A stretch of 64,000 bases of DNA from Chromatiales bacterium (GCA_014762505.1 JABURS010000018.1:3889-67888), one strand, 5' to 3'; shown: positions 53,672 through 63,255, counted from the stretch's first letter. Program-made: numbers and translations. Notes: a model not told the origin generated them from the letters alone.

Positions 53672-53843
53672 AGGATTCTCTCCCGAGTCAGTCGTGCTTC
53701 AGTGTAAAAGTGGCGAATTATAGGACTGCCGTCTTCACAAATCCAGCACTACCTAATTTACTGATATTCCCCTTTCCCGCACTGTCGCCGCAGGGCGCAC
53801 CAAGCCGCGCCCGCAGCGAATACCCCAGTCAGATCACGGGCTT

Positions 53844-54974
53844 TCAGCCGGGACGGGAGGTCTCCGGTGCGCCCTCCCCGCCGGCGAGTTTCAGGCCGTC
53901 GGGTACGTGCAGGGTGCGCGTTGGGAAGGCGATCTCGGCGCCATGGGCGGCGATGATGTCGGCGATGCGCAAGAGCACGTCGTGCTTGATCTCGTGGTAC
54001 CTGATCCACTGCGTGGTGCGCGTGAAGGTATAGACGAAGAAGTCCACCGACGAGGCATTGAAGGCGTTGAAATTGACGATCATCGTCTGGTCCTGGGCGA
54101 TCTCTTCGTGCGCCATGAGCATGGCCTTCACGTCGCGCACGATGGCGTCCATCACGCCGATATCATCATAGCGTATGCCGATCGTCTCGTGGATGCGCCG
54201 GTGCGTCATGCGCGAGGGGTTCTCCACCGCGATGCTGGTGAAGATCGCGTTGGGTACGTACAGCGGGCGCTTGTCGAAACGGCGGATGCGCGTCAGGCGC
54301 CAGCCGATGTCCTCCACCGTGCCCTCGATGTCCTTGTCGGGCGAACGGATCCAGTCGCCCACCACGAAGGGACGGTCGAGATAGACCATCAACCCGCCGA
54401 AGAAGTTGGCGAGCAGGTCGCGGGCGGCGAAGCCTACCGCGATGCCGCCGATACCGCCGAAGGCCAGCACGCCGGAGATGCTGAAGCCCAGGGTCTGCAG
54501 CCCCACCAGAACGCCGGTGATGATCACCGACAGGCGCAGCAGCTTGGCGACGGCCTTCACCGTGGTGTCGTCGATCTCCTTGCCCAGCCGGGTGCGCCGC
54601 TCGATGACGGATGCCTCGGTCTCGCCCACCAGGCGCACCAGGAACCAGGTGATGAGCACGATCACCAGGGCATCCCGGATCGGGCCCACCGCCTCGAACA
54701 GCGGGGCCTGCGTCTCCTGGTGCACGATTTCCGCCGCGAAGGCGATGCCCACCACCCAGATGAGCAGGTTCAGCGGCAGCTTCACCGCACGGATCATGGC
54801 CTCGTCCCAGACTGGCCTGGTGTGCTCGGCCCGGCGCTGCAGACGCGCCAGCACCCAGGCGCTGACGAAGTTGATCACGACGACGGTCAGGACCACGACG
54901 AACACCTGGGTCATCCAGCCCCCCAGGTCGTGGGTCTCGATCAGGGTCTTGAGCCAGTTGCTGATATCGGACAT
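53844..54974 (-). CDS. MscS family mechanosensitive channel
   Basis: GGIGGIAVGFAA.DLLANFFGG, RPF.VGDWI, GTVEDIGWR. Confidence 0.93.
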   Translation of the reverse strand: MSDISNWLKTLIETHDLGGWMTQVFVVVLTVVVINFVSAWVLARLQRRAEHTRPVWDEAMIRAVKLPLNLLIWVVGIAFAAEIVHQETQAPLFEAVGPIRDALVIVLITWFLVRLVGETEASVIERRTRLGKEIDDTTVKAVAKLLRLSVIITGVLVGLQTLGFSISGVLAFGGIGGIAVGFAARDLLANFFGGLMVYLDRPFVVGDWIRSPDKDIEGTVEDIGWRLTRIRRFDKRPLYVPNAIFTSIAVENPSRMTHRRIHETIGIRYDDIGVMDAIVRDVKAMLMAHEEIAQDQTMIVNFNAFNASSVDFFVYTFTRTTQWIRYHEIKHDVLLRIADIIAAHGAEIAFPTRTLHVPDGLKLAGGEGAPETSRPG

Positions 54975-55001
54975 GGGCAGATCGATGCGTTGAGGTGGGT
55001 G

Positions 55002-56048
55002 TCAGACGTCCATTTCGAGATAGGGCGATTCGTCGTAGGCGGTCACGGCCCGGGCGGCCTGCTGCCAGCGCGGCGAGTCATGCAGTCCGCCCCAGGACTG
55101 CGGGCGACGTCCGTGCATCCGCGCCAGGCGCACCTGCGAGACCGGATCGTCGAAGCCTTCCAGGCTCTCCAGCACCTCGCGGGCGCCCTCCGGATGGTTG
55201 CACACCAGCACCATGTCGCAGCCGGCGTCCAACGCCTTGCGGGCGCGTTGGGAGAAGCTGCCGGCGACGTGGGCCGCCGCCATGCTGAGGTCGTCGCTGA
55301 AGATCACGCCCTGGAAGCCCAGCTCGTGGCGCAGCACGCCCTTGAGCCAGAAGGCCGAGAAGCCGGCCGGCTCCGGGTCGGCCTGGCTGTAGATGACGTG
55401 GGCCGGCATGATCGCCGCCAGGCCGTAGTGGATCATGCGCTCGAAGGGCACGAGGTCGGCCTGACGGATGTCCGCCAGCGGCCGGCGATCCACCGGCAGG
55501 GCTTGGTGGGAGTCCTCCTTCACCCCGCCGTGGCCGGGGAAGTGCTTGCCGGTGGCGGCCATGCCCGCCTCGTTCATGCCCTGCATGTAGTGATGGGCCA
55601 GGTCGGCCAGGATCTCGGGGTCGGCGTGGAAGGCGCGGTCGCCGATCACGCCGCTGAGCCCATGGGCCACGTCCAGTACCGGCGCGAAGCTGAAGTCGAT
55701 GCCCACGGCGCGCAGCTCGGCCGCCATCAGCCAGCCGCTCTCCTTCGCCAGCGCGCGGGCCTGCGCGCGGTCCTTGCGGTAGATCCCGCCCAGCCGGCTC
55801 ACCGGCGGCAGTCGCGTGAAACCCTCGCGAAAGCGCTGTACCCGTCCGCCCTCGTGGTCCACCGCCACCAGCAGGTGCGGATCGCGCAGGGCGTGGATCT
55901 CGCGCACCAGCTCGGTGAGCTGGGCGATGGAGGCGAAGTTGCGGGTAAAGAGGATGACCCCGCCGGTCTGGGGGTGCAGGAGCAGTTCGCGTTCTTCAGG
56001 CGTGATCTCGGTGCCAACGAGATCCAGCATCACGGGGCCCAGGGCCAT
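55002..56048 (-). CDS. nagZ: Beta-N-acetylhexosaminidase
   Basis: DHEGGRVQRF, KHFPGHG..EDSH, SDDLSM. Confidence 0.96.
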   Translation of the reverse strand: MALGPVMLDLVGTEITPEERELLLHPQTGGVILFTRNFASIAQLTELVREIHALRDPHLLVAVDHEGGRVQRFREGFTRLPPVSRLGGIYRKDRAQARALAKESGWLMAAELRAVGIDFSFAPVLDVAHGLSGVIGDRAFHADPEILADLAHHYMQGMNEAGMAATGKHFPGHGGVKEDSHQALPVDRRPLADIRQADLVPFERMIHYGLAAIMPAHVIYSQADPEPAGFSAFWLKGVLRHELGFQGVIFSDDLSMAAAHVAGSFSQRARKALDAGCDMVLVCNHPEGAREVLESLEGFDDPVSQVRLARMHGRRPQSWGGLHDSPRWQQAARAVTAYDESPYLEMDV

Positions 56049-56137
56049 GGCCATCCTCTATCGGTTGGTGGAAAGGCCCCGATTGTATCGAAACCGGCGG
56101 CGCCTGCCGAATCCGCCCGTGCCAAAAAGGCGGGCAC

Positions 56138-56164
56138 AAAAAAAGCGGGCGCCAGAGGCGCCCG
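56138..56164 (-). terminator. Terminator of candidate sRNA
   Basis: CGGGCGCC-TCT-GGCGCCCG-C-T7 on minus strand. Confidence 0.85.
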
Positions 56165-56225
56165 AGAGAAAGGAGGAGTGAAGAAATGACGAACGAACAA
56201 TCGGAAGACCCGTGAAGACCTTCCG
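56138..56225 (-). ncRNA. Candidate sigma54-dependent small RNA
   Basis: sigma54 promoter, 5' hairpin starting at predicted +1, C/U-rich linker, intrinsic terminator. Confidence 0.7.
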
Positions 56226-56235
56226 CCAGGAATAA

Positions 56236-56252
56236 TGCAGATCGCGTGCCAA
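56236..56252 (-). promoter_or_regulatory. sigma54 -24/-12 promoter
   Basis: TTGGCACG-CGAT-CTGCA; GG and GC at exact spacing. Confidence 0.8.
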
Positions 56253-56363
56253 ATCGGGAAAAGGGGCGAAAACAACGATCTCCGGTGCTGGCAGCGTGGC
56301 ACCGGCCCGCCTTGCTGCACCAGTCCGACCCCGGTCAGCGGGGGGCTGCACCGTAACGGTTCG

Positions 56364-56876
56364 CTAGCCCCGCTCGTCCGGGCCGATCGGCGCGAGGTCA
56401 TTCAGCCCCGGGCCGACCAGCCGGTAGGCCTGGCCGAAGCCGATGACGAAACGCCCCTCCACGGGCGTGAGTCGCAGCAGGCGGAAGTCGCCAAGCCCGG
56501 ACAGCAGGCCCATGATCTCGCCGAAGCGCCCGGCGAAGCGGGCCAGGATGGCACCGGCCCCCTCCGTGCCACGTGTCACTTCCGTCACCTGGCAGCGGAA
56601 GCTGGCCCGGCGGCGGGCGAATATCTGACGGGTGTCGGCCTCGGACTCGATGAACAGCACCGAGGCCTCGCCGCGCGCGAGCAGGTTGCCGGTGTGCTCG
56701 GCCAGTTCGCTGACGAAGATGCAAAAGCCCCCCTGCGGGTCCCGCACGTAGGGGGCGTAGCTCGCCAGCGGACTGCCCTGCCCGTCCGCCGTGGCGAGGA
56801 TCAGGCTCTGGAAGCCATCGATGAAGCCGGTGTAGGCCTCGCGGGCCCGTTCGAGCGATTCGCGGGGATCGGACAT
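56364..56876 (-). CDS. HugZ/pyridoxamine 5'-phosphate oxidase-like protein
   Basis: LATA..G.PLASYAPY, SELAEHT.NL, FARRR, DF, GFGQAY. Confidence 0.85.
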   Translation of the reverse strand: MSDPRESLERAREAYTGFIDGFQSLILATADGQGSPLASYAPYVRDPQGGFCIFVSELAEHTGNLLARGEASVLFIESEADTRQIFARRRASFRCQVTEVTRGTEGAGAILARFAGRFGEIMGLLSGLGDFRLLRLTPVEGRFVIGFGQAYRLVGPGLNDLAPIGPDERG

Positions 56877-56950
56877 GTCGGTTGCGTCGTCGGATGGATG
56901 ACAGGTTCGGCTACAATAGCCGACCGCCCGCCAACCTTCATCACCGATTC

Positions 56951-59254
56951 GTGCCAGACCACGCCCCCATCGATGCCTTTCTCCTCACCCGCCAGTGGCG
57001 CGACGGCCCGGGTGGCATCGAGCTGGTGTTCTGGGCCTGGAGCGACGAGGGGCCGCTGCGTATCGTGATCACCGGCCAGGAGGCGGTGTGCTTCATCGCG
57101 CGTGAGCAGGCCACCGCGCATCTGCCCCCGGGCGCACGCCGACGGCCCGTCGAGCTGACCGCGCTCGCAGGCGGGCCGGTCGATGCGCTTTATTTCCGCC
57201 AGCAGCGCGATCTCGCCGGCTTCCGCGAGACGGCCCGGGCCCAGGGCATCCCCCTGCTCGAGGCCGACGTCAAGCCGGCGGACCGCTTCCTGATGGAGCG
57301 CTTCATCCAGGGCGGCCTGCGCCTGCGGGGCGAATCCCGTCCGCGCCCGGGCTATCGCGAGTACCTGAACCCCATCCTGCAGGCCGCCGAGGTCGCCCCC
57401 CGTCTCACCCTGCTCTCGTTGGACATCGAGTCCGCGGGCCTCGATGGCGAGATCTGGTCGGTGGCGCTGAGCGACGGCGTGCAAGACCAGGTGTACGTCG
57501 TCGGCAAGGCCCCGCCCGGGACCCCGGGGCACGTATGCTTCGTGCCGGACGAACCGGCCCTGCTGCGCGCCTGCATGGACCACATCCGCACGCTGGATCC
57601 CGACCTGCTCATCGGCTGGAACCTCGTCAACTTCGACCTCGACCTGCTGGCGCGACGCTGCCGCCACCACCGACTGCCGTTTTGCCTGGGCCGCGACGAC
57701 GAACCCGCCCAGGTGCTGCCGCCGCTGAATGACGGGCAATCGCGCACGGCACGCATCAGCGGGCGCGTGGCACTGGATGGCATCGACTGCCTGAAGATGG
57801 CGACCTGGTCCTTCGAGAGCTTCGAGCTCGAGACCGTGGCCCGGCAGCTGCTCGGCCGCGGCAAGCTGGTGGAGGACGAGGACCGGCTGGCCGCCATACA
57901 CCGTCTCTACCGCGAGCACCCGCTGGCGCTGGCCGAGTACAACCTGGAGGACGCCCGGCTGGTCATCGACATCTTCGCGCAGGCCGACCTCATAGCCTTC
58001 CTGGTGCAGCGCACGCGCATGACCGGCCTGGCCCTGGACCGCCCGGGCGGCTCGGTGGCCGCCTTCGATCACCTCTACCTGCCGCGCCTGCACCGCGCCG
58101 GTTTCGTCGCCCCGGACGTGGGCGCGCACCCCAACCCGGTGCACAGCCCGGGTGGCTTCGTCATGGATTCCGCACCCGGTCTCTACGACAACGTGCTGGT
58201 GCTGGACTTCAAGAGCCTGTACCCGAGCATCATCCGCAGCTTTCGCATCGATCCGCTGGGCCTGGCCCTGGGCGACGCGGACGGCGTGCCGGGATTCCTC
58301 GGCGCCCGCTTCGCCCGCGAGGGCGCCATCCTGCCGCAGCTGATCGAGCAGCTCTGGGCCGAGCGCGACCGGGCGCGGCGCGCGGGCAATGCCGCCCTCT
58401 CCCAGGCCATCAAGATCCTCATGAACTCCTTCTACGGCGTGCTCGGTTCCTTCGGCTGCCGCTTCTTCGACCCGCGCCTGGCCAGCAGCATCACGCGCCG
58501 CGGCCACCAGGTGATCAACGAGAGCCGCGGCTTCATCGAGGAACAGGGCCTGCAGGTGATCTACGGCGACACCGACTCGCTGTTCGTGCTGCTCGGCCCG
58601 GACATCGCGGAGACGGCGGCACGCGCCACCGGCGAGCGGCTCGCAGACGATCTCAACCACTGGTGGCGGGAGCGGCTGGCCCGCGAGTTCGACCTGGAAT
58701 CGCGCCTGGAGATCGAGTTCGAGACCCACTACCTGCGCTTTCTCATGCCCACCACCCGCGGCACGGACAAGGGCAGCAAGAAGCGCTATGCCGGCACGGT
58801 GCGCGAGGGGGATGGCGTGCGTCTCGTCTTCAAGGGACTGGAGAGCGTGCGCACCGACTGGACGCCGCTGGCGCGCGCCTTCCAGCAGGAGCTCTACCGG
58901 CGCATCTTCCAGGACGAACCCTACGAGGCCTTTGTTCGCGAGACGGTGGCGCGGCTCCACGCCGGCGAACTCGATGACCAGCTCGTCTACCGCAAGCGCC
59001 TGCGCCGGCGCCTGGAAGACTACCAGCGCAACGTGCCGCCCCACGTGCAGGCGGCCCGCAAGCTGGCCACCCCCGGCCGGACCATCGCCTACCTCATCAC
59101 CCAGGCCGGCCCCGAACCGCTGGCCAGCCGCCACGCCCCCATCGACTACCGGCATTACGAGGAACGCCAGCTCAGGCCGGTGGCCGATGGCATCCTCTAC
59201 TTCCTGGGCACGCGCTTCGACGAGATCGTGCAGCGCCAGATCAGCCTGCTCTGA
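56951..59254 (+). CDS. polB: DNA polymerase II
   Basis: FLLTRQWRD, SLDIE, DFKSLYPSII, KILMNSFYG, YGDTDS, KKRYAG. Confidence 0.96.
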   Translation: MPDHAPIDAFLLTRQWRDGPGGIELVFWAWSDEGPLRIVITGQEAVCFIAREQATAHLPPGARRRPVELTALAGGPVDALYFRQQRDLAGFRETARAQGIPLLEADVKPADRFLMERFIQGGLRLRGESRPRPGYREYLNPILQAAEVAPRLTLLSLDIESAGLDGEIWSVALSDGVQDQVYVVGKAPPGTPGHVCFVPDEPALLRACMDHIRTLDPDLLIGWNLVNFDLDLLARRCRHHRLPFCLGRDDEPAQVLPPLNDGQSRTARISGRVALDGIDCLKMATWSFESFELETVARQLLGRGKLVEDEDRLAAIHRLYREHPLALAEYNLEDARLVIDIFAQADLIAFLVQRTRMTGLALDRPGGSVAAFDHLYLPRLHRAGFVAPDVGAHPNPVHSPGGFVMDSAPGLYDNVLVLDFKSLYPSIIRSFRIDPLGLALGDADGVPGFLGARFAREGAILPQLIEQLWAERDRARRAGNAALSQAIKILMNSFYGVLGSFGCRFFDPRLASSITRRGHQVINESRGFIEEQGLQVIYGDTDSLFVLLGPDIAETAARATGERLADDLNHWWRERLAREFDLESRLEIEFETHYLRFLMPTTRGTDKGSKKRYAGTVREGDGVRLVFKGLESVRTDWTPLARAFQQELYRRIFQDEPYEAFVRETVARLHAGELDDQLVYRKRLRRRLEDYQRNVPPHVQAARKLATPGRTIAYLITQAGPEPLASRHAPIDYRHYEERQLRPVADGILYFLGTRFDEIVQRQISLL

Positions 59255-59257
59255 GGG

Positions 59258-60979
59258 CTATTCGCCGGTCGCCGCCCCAAGGATCAGGATGCGCACCTCG
59301 TCGCCGGGATAGATGAGGTCCGGGTTGCGGATATCGCTCAGGCGCGCGAGCTCGGGATAGCGATAGGGATCATCCAGATAACGTGCGGCGATGGCCCACA
59401 GGGTGTCGCCGCGGCGGACCACGTGCAGGATCTCGCGCCGGATCACCCGCCCCTGGTGCAGACGCGGCGCCTCCTCGGCAGTCATCTCGCCACCTGCGGC
59501 CACCGCCTCCCCGTCGATCGGGGCCTCGGGTGTCGCCTGGCTTGCCGGATCCTCCCCGTCCGGTGCGGTCGGCCCCGCCGCCCGTTCCGCTGTCTCCCGC
59601 TCCGGCAGGAATGCCCCGGCATCCACCTGCGTATCCTGCGCCAGGACCGTCGACGACTCGGGCCCGACATCGCCCGGCGGCACGGCCGATGACCCTGACG
59701 GGACCTCGTCCAGGATCAGCGTGACGCGTCGGCCCTCGCGCTGCAGGGTGGGCAGCGCGCCGGGCTGCGCCTCGCCCGCGGGGGGCAGTGGTTCGGATGC
59801 CGGCCCGGGCTCGACGGTCACCGTCGCGACGGGCGCGGGCACGGGCGGCGGTGAGTCTGCGGGCGCCACCTCGGGCGCCATCGCTGGCGCCGGTGGTGAC
59901 GGCGACGGTTCTGCCGTGGCAGAGGCCGGGGCGCGTCCTTCGCCGCCACCCAGCAGCAGCCAGGCACCCAGCCCGAGCAGGAGACACAGGCCGGCGACCA
60001 GGAGCAGGCCGCCCCAGGCCCCGCCGTCCGATGCCGGCATGGCCATGCCGGCCGGCGGGTCCGTGGCCATCGACCGCGGACTGTCCCCGACCGGCGAGCG
60101 ATGCGACACCTCCCCTGCCCTGGCGCCCGCCACACTGCGATCCGTGGTACACCCCCTGGCGGTGCCTGTGGCCGGTGCGGGGGGCGGTCGCACTGCCTCC
60201 TGCCGGGATGGAGGGCCGGCCCGTGTCGCTGCCGCAGGGGCCTTTGGCAGGCCCGGTTTGCGCGGTGTAGCATCTGCGTCCTGCTGCACGGGCGGCCGGG
60301 GAGCGGCGGGCGGAGCAGGCGTCTGCACCGTGGTCGCTGGCTGGACCGGAGCTGGCGTGGGCGTCTGCCCGCGGCCGGCGGGAGACGACAGGGTCGGCCC
60401 GTGGTCGCTCCCTGCCGGCGCGGGACGCTCGGCCCCGGGCGGCGTCCCCGGCGCCGCGTCGGGACCGGGTGATGTCGCGACAGGACGCGGCTCGTTCGGG
60501 GCGGTCGTCGACGCCGGCAACAGGCCCGCCGCCTGCAGCCAGCCGGCGGCGGGCAGCTCGCGGAGCCGGGCAAGGTCGGCATAGAGATGGATCCGGCCCT
60601 CGCGGGTGAAGGTGCCGGGAAAGACCTGGCGGGGGACGTAGCGCGGCGTGGGGCCGAAGCGGCCGTCGCTGCGGGAAACGACGTTGTCCACACGATCGAC
60701 CCGGTAGCCGACCGGGCCCGCCGGGGTCTCGACGACCAGGATGCGCTGGCCGGCGCCTGTGGCGGGTTCCAGGCCGAAGCGCTGACGCAGGTCGACCACC
60801 GTGACCAGCCGCCCGCCATGGCGCAGTACGCCGGCACTGTCACGCTCGCCCGGCAGGTGCGAGAGCCGCCCCGCGGCCAGCACGGCATCCACCGGCCCGC
60901 TGTCGGCCGCGCAATGCACGGGTCCGACGGCGAACAGGATCAGGTCGGTCTGGGCGACATTCGTGGTCAAGCGCGACAT
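59258..60979 (-). CDS. CheW-like domain + Pro/Ala linker + TM + C-terminal LysM
   Basis: GVLRHGGRLVTVVDLRQRFG..GYRVDRV; TM LLLVAGLCLLLGLGAWLLL; HVVRRGDTLWAIA..IRNPDLIYPG. Confidence 0.82.
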   Translation of the reverse strand: MSRLTTNVAQTDLILFAVGPVHCAADSGPVDAVLAAGRLSHLPGERDSAGVLRHGGRLVTVVDLRQRFGLEPATGAGQRILVVETPAGPVGYRVDRVDNVVSRSDGRFGPTPRYVPRQVFPGTFTREGRIHLYADLARLRELPAAGWLQAAGLLPASTTAPNEPRPVATSPGPDAAPGTPPGAERPAPAGSDHGPTLSSPAGRGQTPTPAPVQPATTVQTPAPPAAPRPPVQQDADATPRKPGLPKAPAAATRAGPPSRQEAVRPPPAPATGTARGCTTDRSVAGARAGEVSHRSPVGDSPRSMATDPPAGMAMPASDGGAWGGLLLVAGLCLLLGLGAWLLLGGGEGRAPASATAEPSPSPPAPAMAPEVAPADSPPPVPAPVATVTVEPGPASEPLPPAGEAQPGALPTLQREGRRVTLILDEVPSGSSAVPPGDVGPESSTVLAQDTQVDAGAFLPERETAERAAGPTAPDGEDPASQATPEAPIDGEAVAAGGEMTAEEAPRLHQGRVIRREILHVVRRGDTLWAIAARYLDDPYRYPELARLSDIRNPDLIYPGDEVRILILGAATGE

Positions 60980-61148
60980 CCCTTCGGCGGGTAACAGCTG
61001 CAAGCCTTTTATCGGCCGCGCGTCACAAATGTTGAAGTGCTGCCGGCGCCGCCCGGGACAGACGAGGCTATCTTGATATGGATCAACGCGTTACCCTGAG
61101 CGCATGCCATGCTATCGACACCGCAAACCCTGACTGGCTGGATACACC

Positions 61149-62180
61149 ATGTCCTATCGAATCCTGCTCGCCTGCCTGCTCCTGCTCGCCGCCGGCACGG
61201 TACAGGCCGAACCGCGCGGCAGTGAGCTCTACGCCCAGCACTGCAGCAGCTGCCATGGCGATGCCGGCATGGGCGGCGTGGGCGTCCCCATCGCCCTGCC
61301 CTCGTTTCTCGGCGGCGTGACCGACGACTACCTCTTCAAGACCATCCAGCTCGGCCGGCCCGGGCGCGTGATGCCCGCCTTCCACCAGCTCTCGGCGGAC
61401 GAGATCCACGCCATCGTGGCTCACATCCGCGAGCTCGGCGGCGTGCCGGAACCTGGGCTGCCCGAGGTGGCCGTGGACGGCGACCCCTTGCGCGGGCAGG
61501 CGCTGTACGCCCAGCATTGTGCCCAGTGCCACGGCGCCAATGGCGAGGGCGGTCGCGGCACCGGCGTCACCTTCTCCCGGCCGCGCGACCTGCCCATCAT
61601 CGCCCCCGCGCTCAACAACAGCGGCTTTCAGCAGGCCGCGAGCGACGCGATGATCCGCCATACCCTGATCCACGGCCGTGCCGGCACCCCCATGATCTCC
61701 TTCATCGAGGCCGGCCTGAGCGAGCAGGACATCGACGACATCATCACTCACCTGCGCGGGCTCACGCCCGAACCCCCCATCGAGGATTCGGAGGCGGCCA
61801 TCATGGTCGTCGACTCGCCCTATGACCTCGACAGCACGGTGGAGAACCTGCGACAGGCGGTGATCTCGAAGAACTTCCGCATCATCCGCGAGCAGACCCT
61901 CGAGGACGGCCTGCGCCCAGAGGGACAGGATTCGAAGAAGGAGGTGATCCTCTACTTCTGCAACTTCAACTTCCTCAACGAGGCCCTGACGATCGATCCG
62001 CGCGTGGGGCTGTTCCTGCCCTGTCGCATCACCGCCGTGGAGGATGCCGACGGTGGCGTGCAGCTCATGGCCATCAACCCGCTGCGCCTGAGCGACCTCT
62101 TCAACAACCGCGAACTCGATGCCGCCTGCGAGGAAATGCACACCATCTATCGCGACCTGCTCGAGGAGGCAACGCTATGA
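61149..62180 (+). CDS. Dihaem cytochrome c fused to DUF302
   Basis: Signal; CSSCH and CAQCH with distal Met (VMPAF, PMISF); DUF302 FCN..LPCRI. Confidence 0.85.
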   Translation: MSYRILLACLLLLAAGTVQAEPRGSELYAQHCSSCHGDAGMGGVGVPIALPSFLGGVTDDYLFKTIQLGRPGRVMPAFHQLSADEIHAIVAHIRELGGVPEPGLPEVAVDGDPLRGQALYAQHCAQCHGANGEGGRGTGVTFSRPRDLPIIAPALNNSGFQQAASDAMIRHTLIHGRAGTPMISFIEAGLSEQDIDDIITHLRGLTPEPPIEDSEAAIMVVDSPYDLDSTVENLRQAVISKNFRIIREQTLEDGLRPEGQDSKKEVILYFCNFNFLNEALTIDPRVGLFLPCRITAVEDADGGVQLMAINPLRLSDLFNNRELDAACEEMHTIYRDLLEEATL

Positions 62181-62620
62181 CGCGCCACCTGCAAGCCGCC
62201 CTGCTGCTGCTCGCCTGCCTGGCCGCTCCGGCCCTGGCCGAGGACCTGCTGATGACCCGCTCGTCACAGGCCTTCCCGGAGACCATGCTGGCCCTGCAGC
62301 AGGCCATCGCCGATCAGGGCTATACCCTCTCGCGCGTGCAGCGCGTGGATATCGGACTCACCGCCATGGGCTACGAGACCGACAAGTACCGCGTGGTCTT
62401 CTTCGGCAAGCCCGAGGAGATTCGCTGGCTTACCGAGACCCATCCCGAGACCATCCCCTACCTGCCGCCGAAGATCGCCATCTTCGCCGAGGACGGCGAT
62501 ACCCTCCTGGTCGCCATCAACCCCGCGCACTTCACGCAGTTCTTCGACGACCCAGAGCTGAAAGACGTGTTTCTGCGCTGGGAGCGCGATTTCCGCGCCA
62601 TCCTCAACGCCGTCGACTAG
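62177..62620 (+). CDS. Periplasmic DUF302 protein
   Basis: ATGA-coupled; signal peptide; F.ETM..L..AI...GY, YRVVFF, LP.KI, INP. Confidence 0.75.
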   Translation: MTRHLQAALLLLACLAAPALAEDLLMTRSSQAFPETMLALQQAIADQGYTLSRVQRVDIGLTAMGYETDKYRVVFFGKPEEIRWLTETHPETIPYLPPKIAIFAEDGDTLLVAINPAHFTQFFDDPELKDVFLRWERDFRAILNAVD

Positions 62621-62769
62621 GCGGGGCACCATCCCGTAGCCGTGGCCTTGCGGCCCGTCATTCCTGACGGGCGATGGCGTGTCGGCAGAAACGGGAATTC
62701 ATCAGTGCCTGTGCTCTGCTGGACTGGACCGGATCGGTGCGGGAGTCGTCATCGCGGCGGCGAGGGAGA

Positions 62770-63255
62770 TCAGAGCTTGCGCCGGTACTCGTGCAACAGC
62801 ACCACGGCATGGGCGGCGATGCCTTCCTCGCGACCGGCAAAGCCGAGGCGCTCGGTGGTGGTGGCCTTGACGTTGACCTGGTCGGTACCGCAGTGCAGGT
62901 CCTCGGCCAGGTTGATGCGCATGGCATCGATGTGGGGTGCGAGTTTGGGGGCCTGGGCGATGAGCGTGCTGTCGACGTTGCCGATCACCCAGCCCTGTTC
63001 GCGGGCGAGCTCCATCACCCTGCGCAGCAGGATGCGGCTGTCGATCCCCTTGTACTCGGGGCTGGTATCGGGGAAGTGACGGCCGATGTCGCCCAGGGCC
63101 AGGGCGCCGAGGATGGCGTCACACAGCGCATGGATGAGCACGTCGCCGTCGGAGTGGGCGGCGAAGGCCTTGCCATGCGGGATGCGCACCCCGCCGAGCA
63201 CGATGTGGTCGCCTTCGGTGAAGGCATGGACGTCGTAACCGTGACCGATGCGCAT
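62770..63255 (-). CDS. ispF: MECDP synthase
   Basis: [29 protein letters not shown]. Confidence 0.98.
   Translation of the reverse strand: MRIGHGYDVHAFTEGDHIVLGGVRIPHGKAFAAHSDGDVLIHALCDAILGALALGDIGRHFPDTSPEYKGIDSRILLRRVMELAREQGWVIGNVDSTLIAQAPKLAPHIDAMRINLAEDLHCGTDQVNVKATTTERLGFAGREEGIAAHAVVLLHEYRRKL

Noticed and set aside
56110-56128. Second TTGGCACG on the minus strand before nagZ
   Set aside because: No GC at the -12 position
56186-56215. Plus-strand 9-aa ORF MTNEQSEDP behind AAGGAGGAG
   Set aside because: Promoter and terminator both face the minus strand, so it is better read as the sRNA seed; not fully excluded without Ribo-seq
62621-62769. Hairpin CCCGTCA-TTCC-TGACGGG and ORF 62658-62927
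   Set aside because: Single short hairpin without U-tract or copies; the ORF overlaps ispF out of frame
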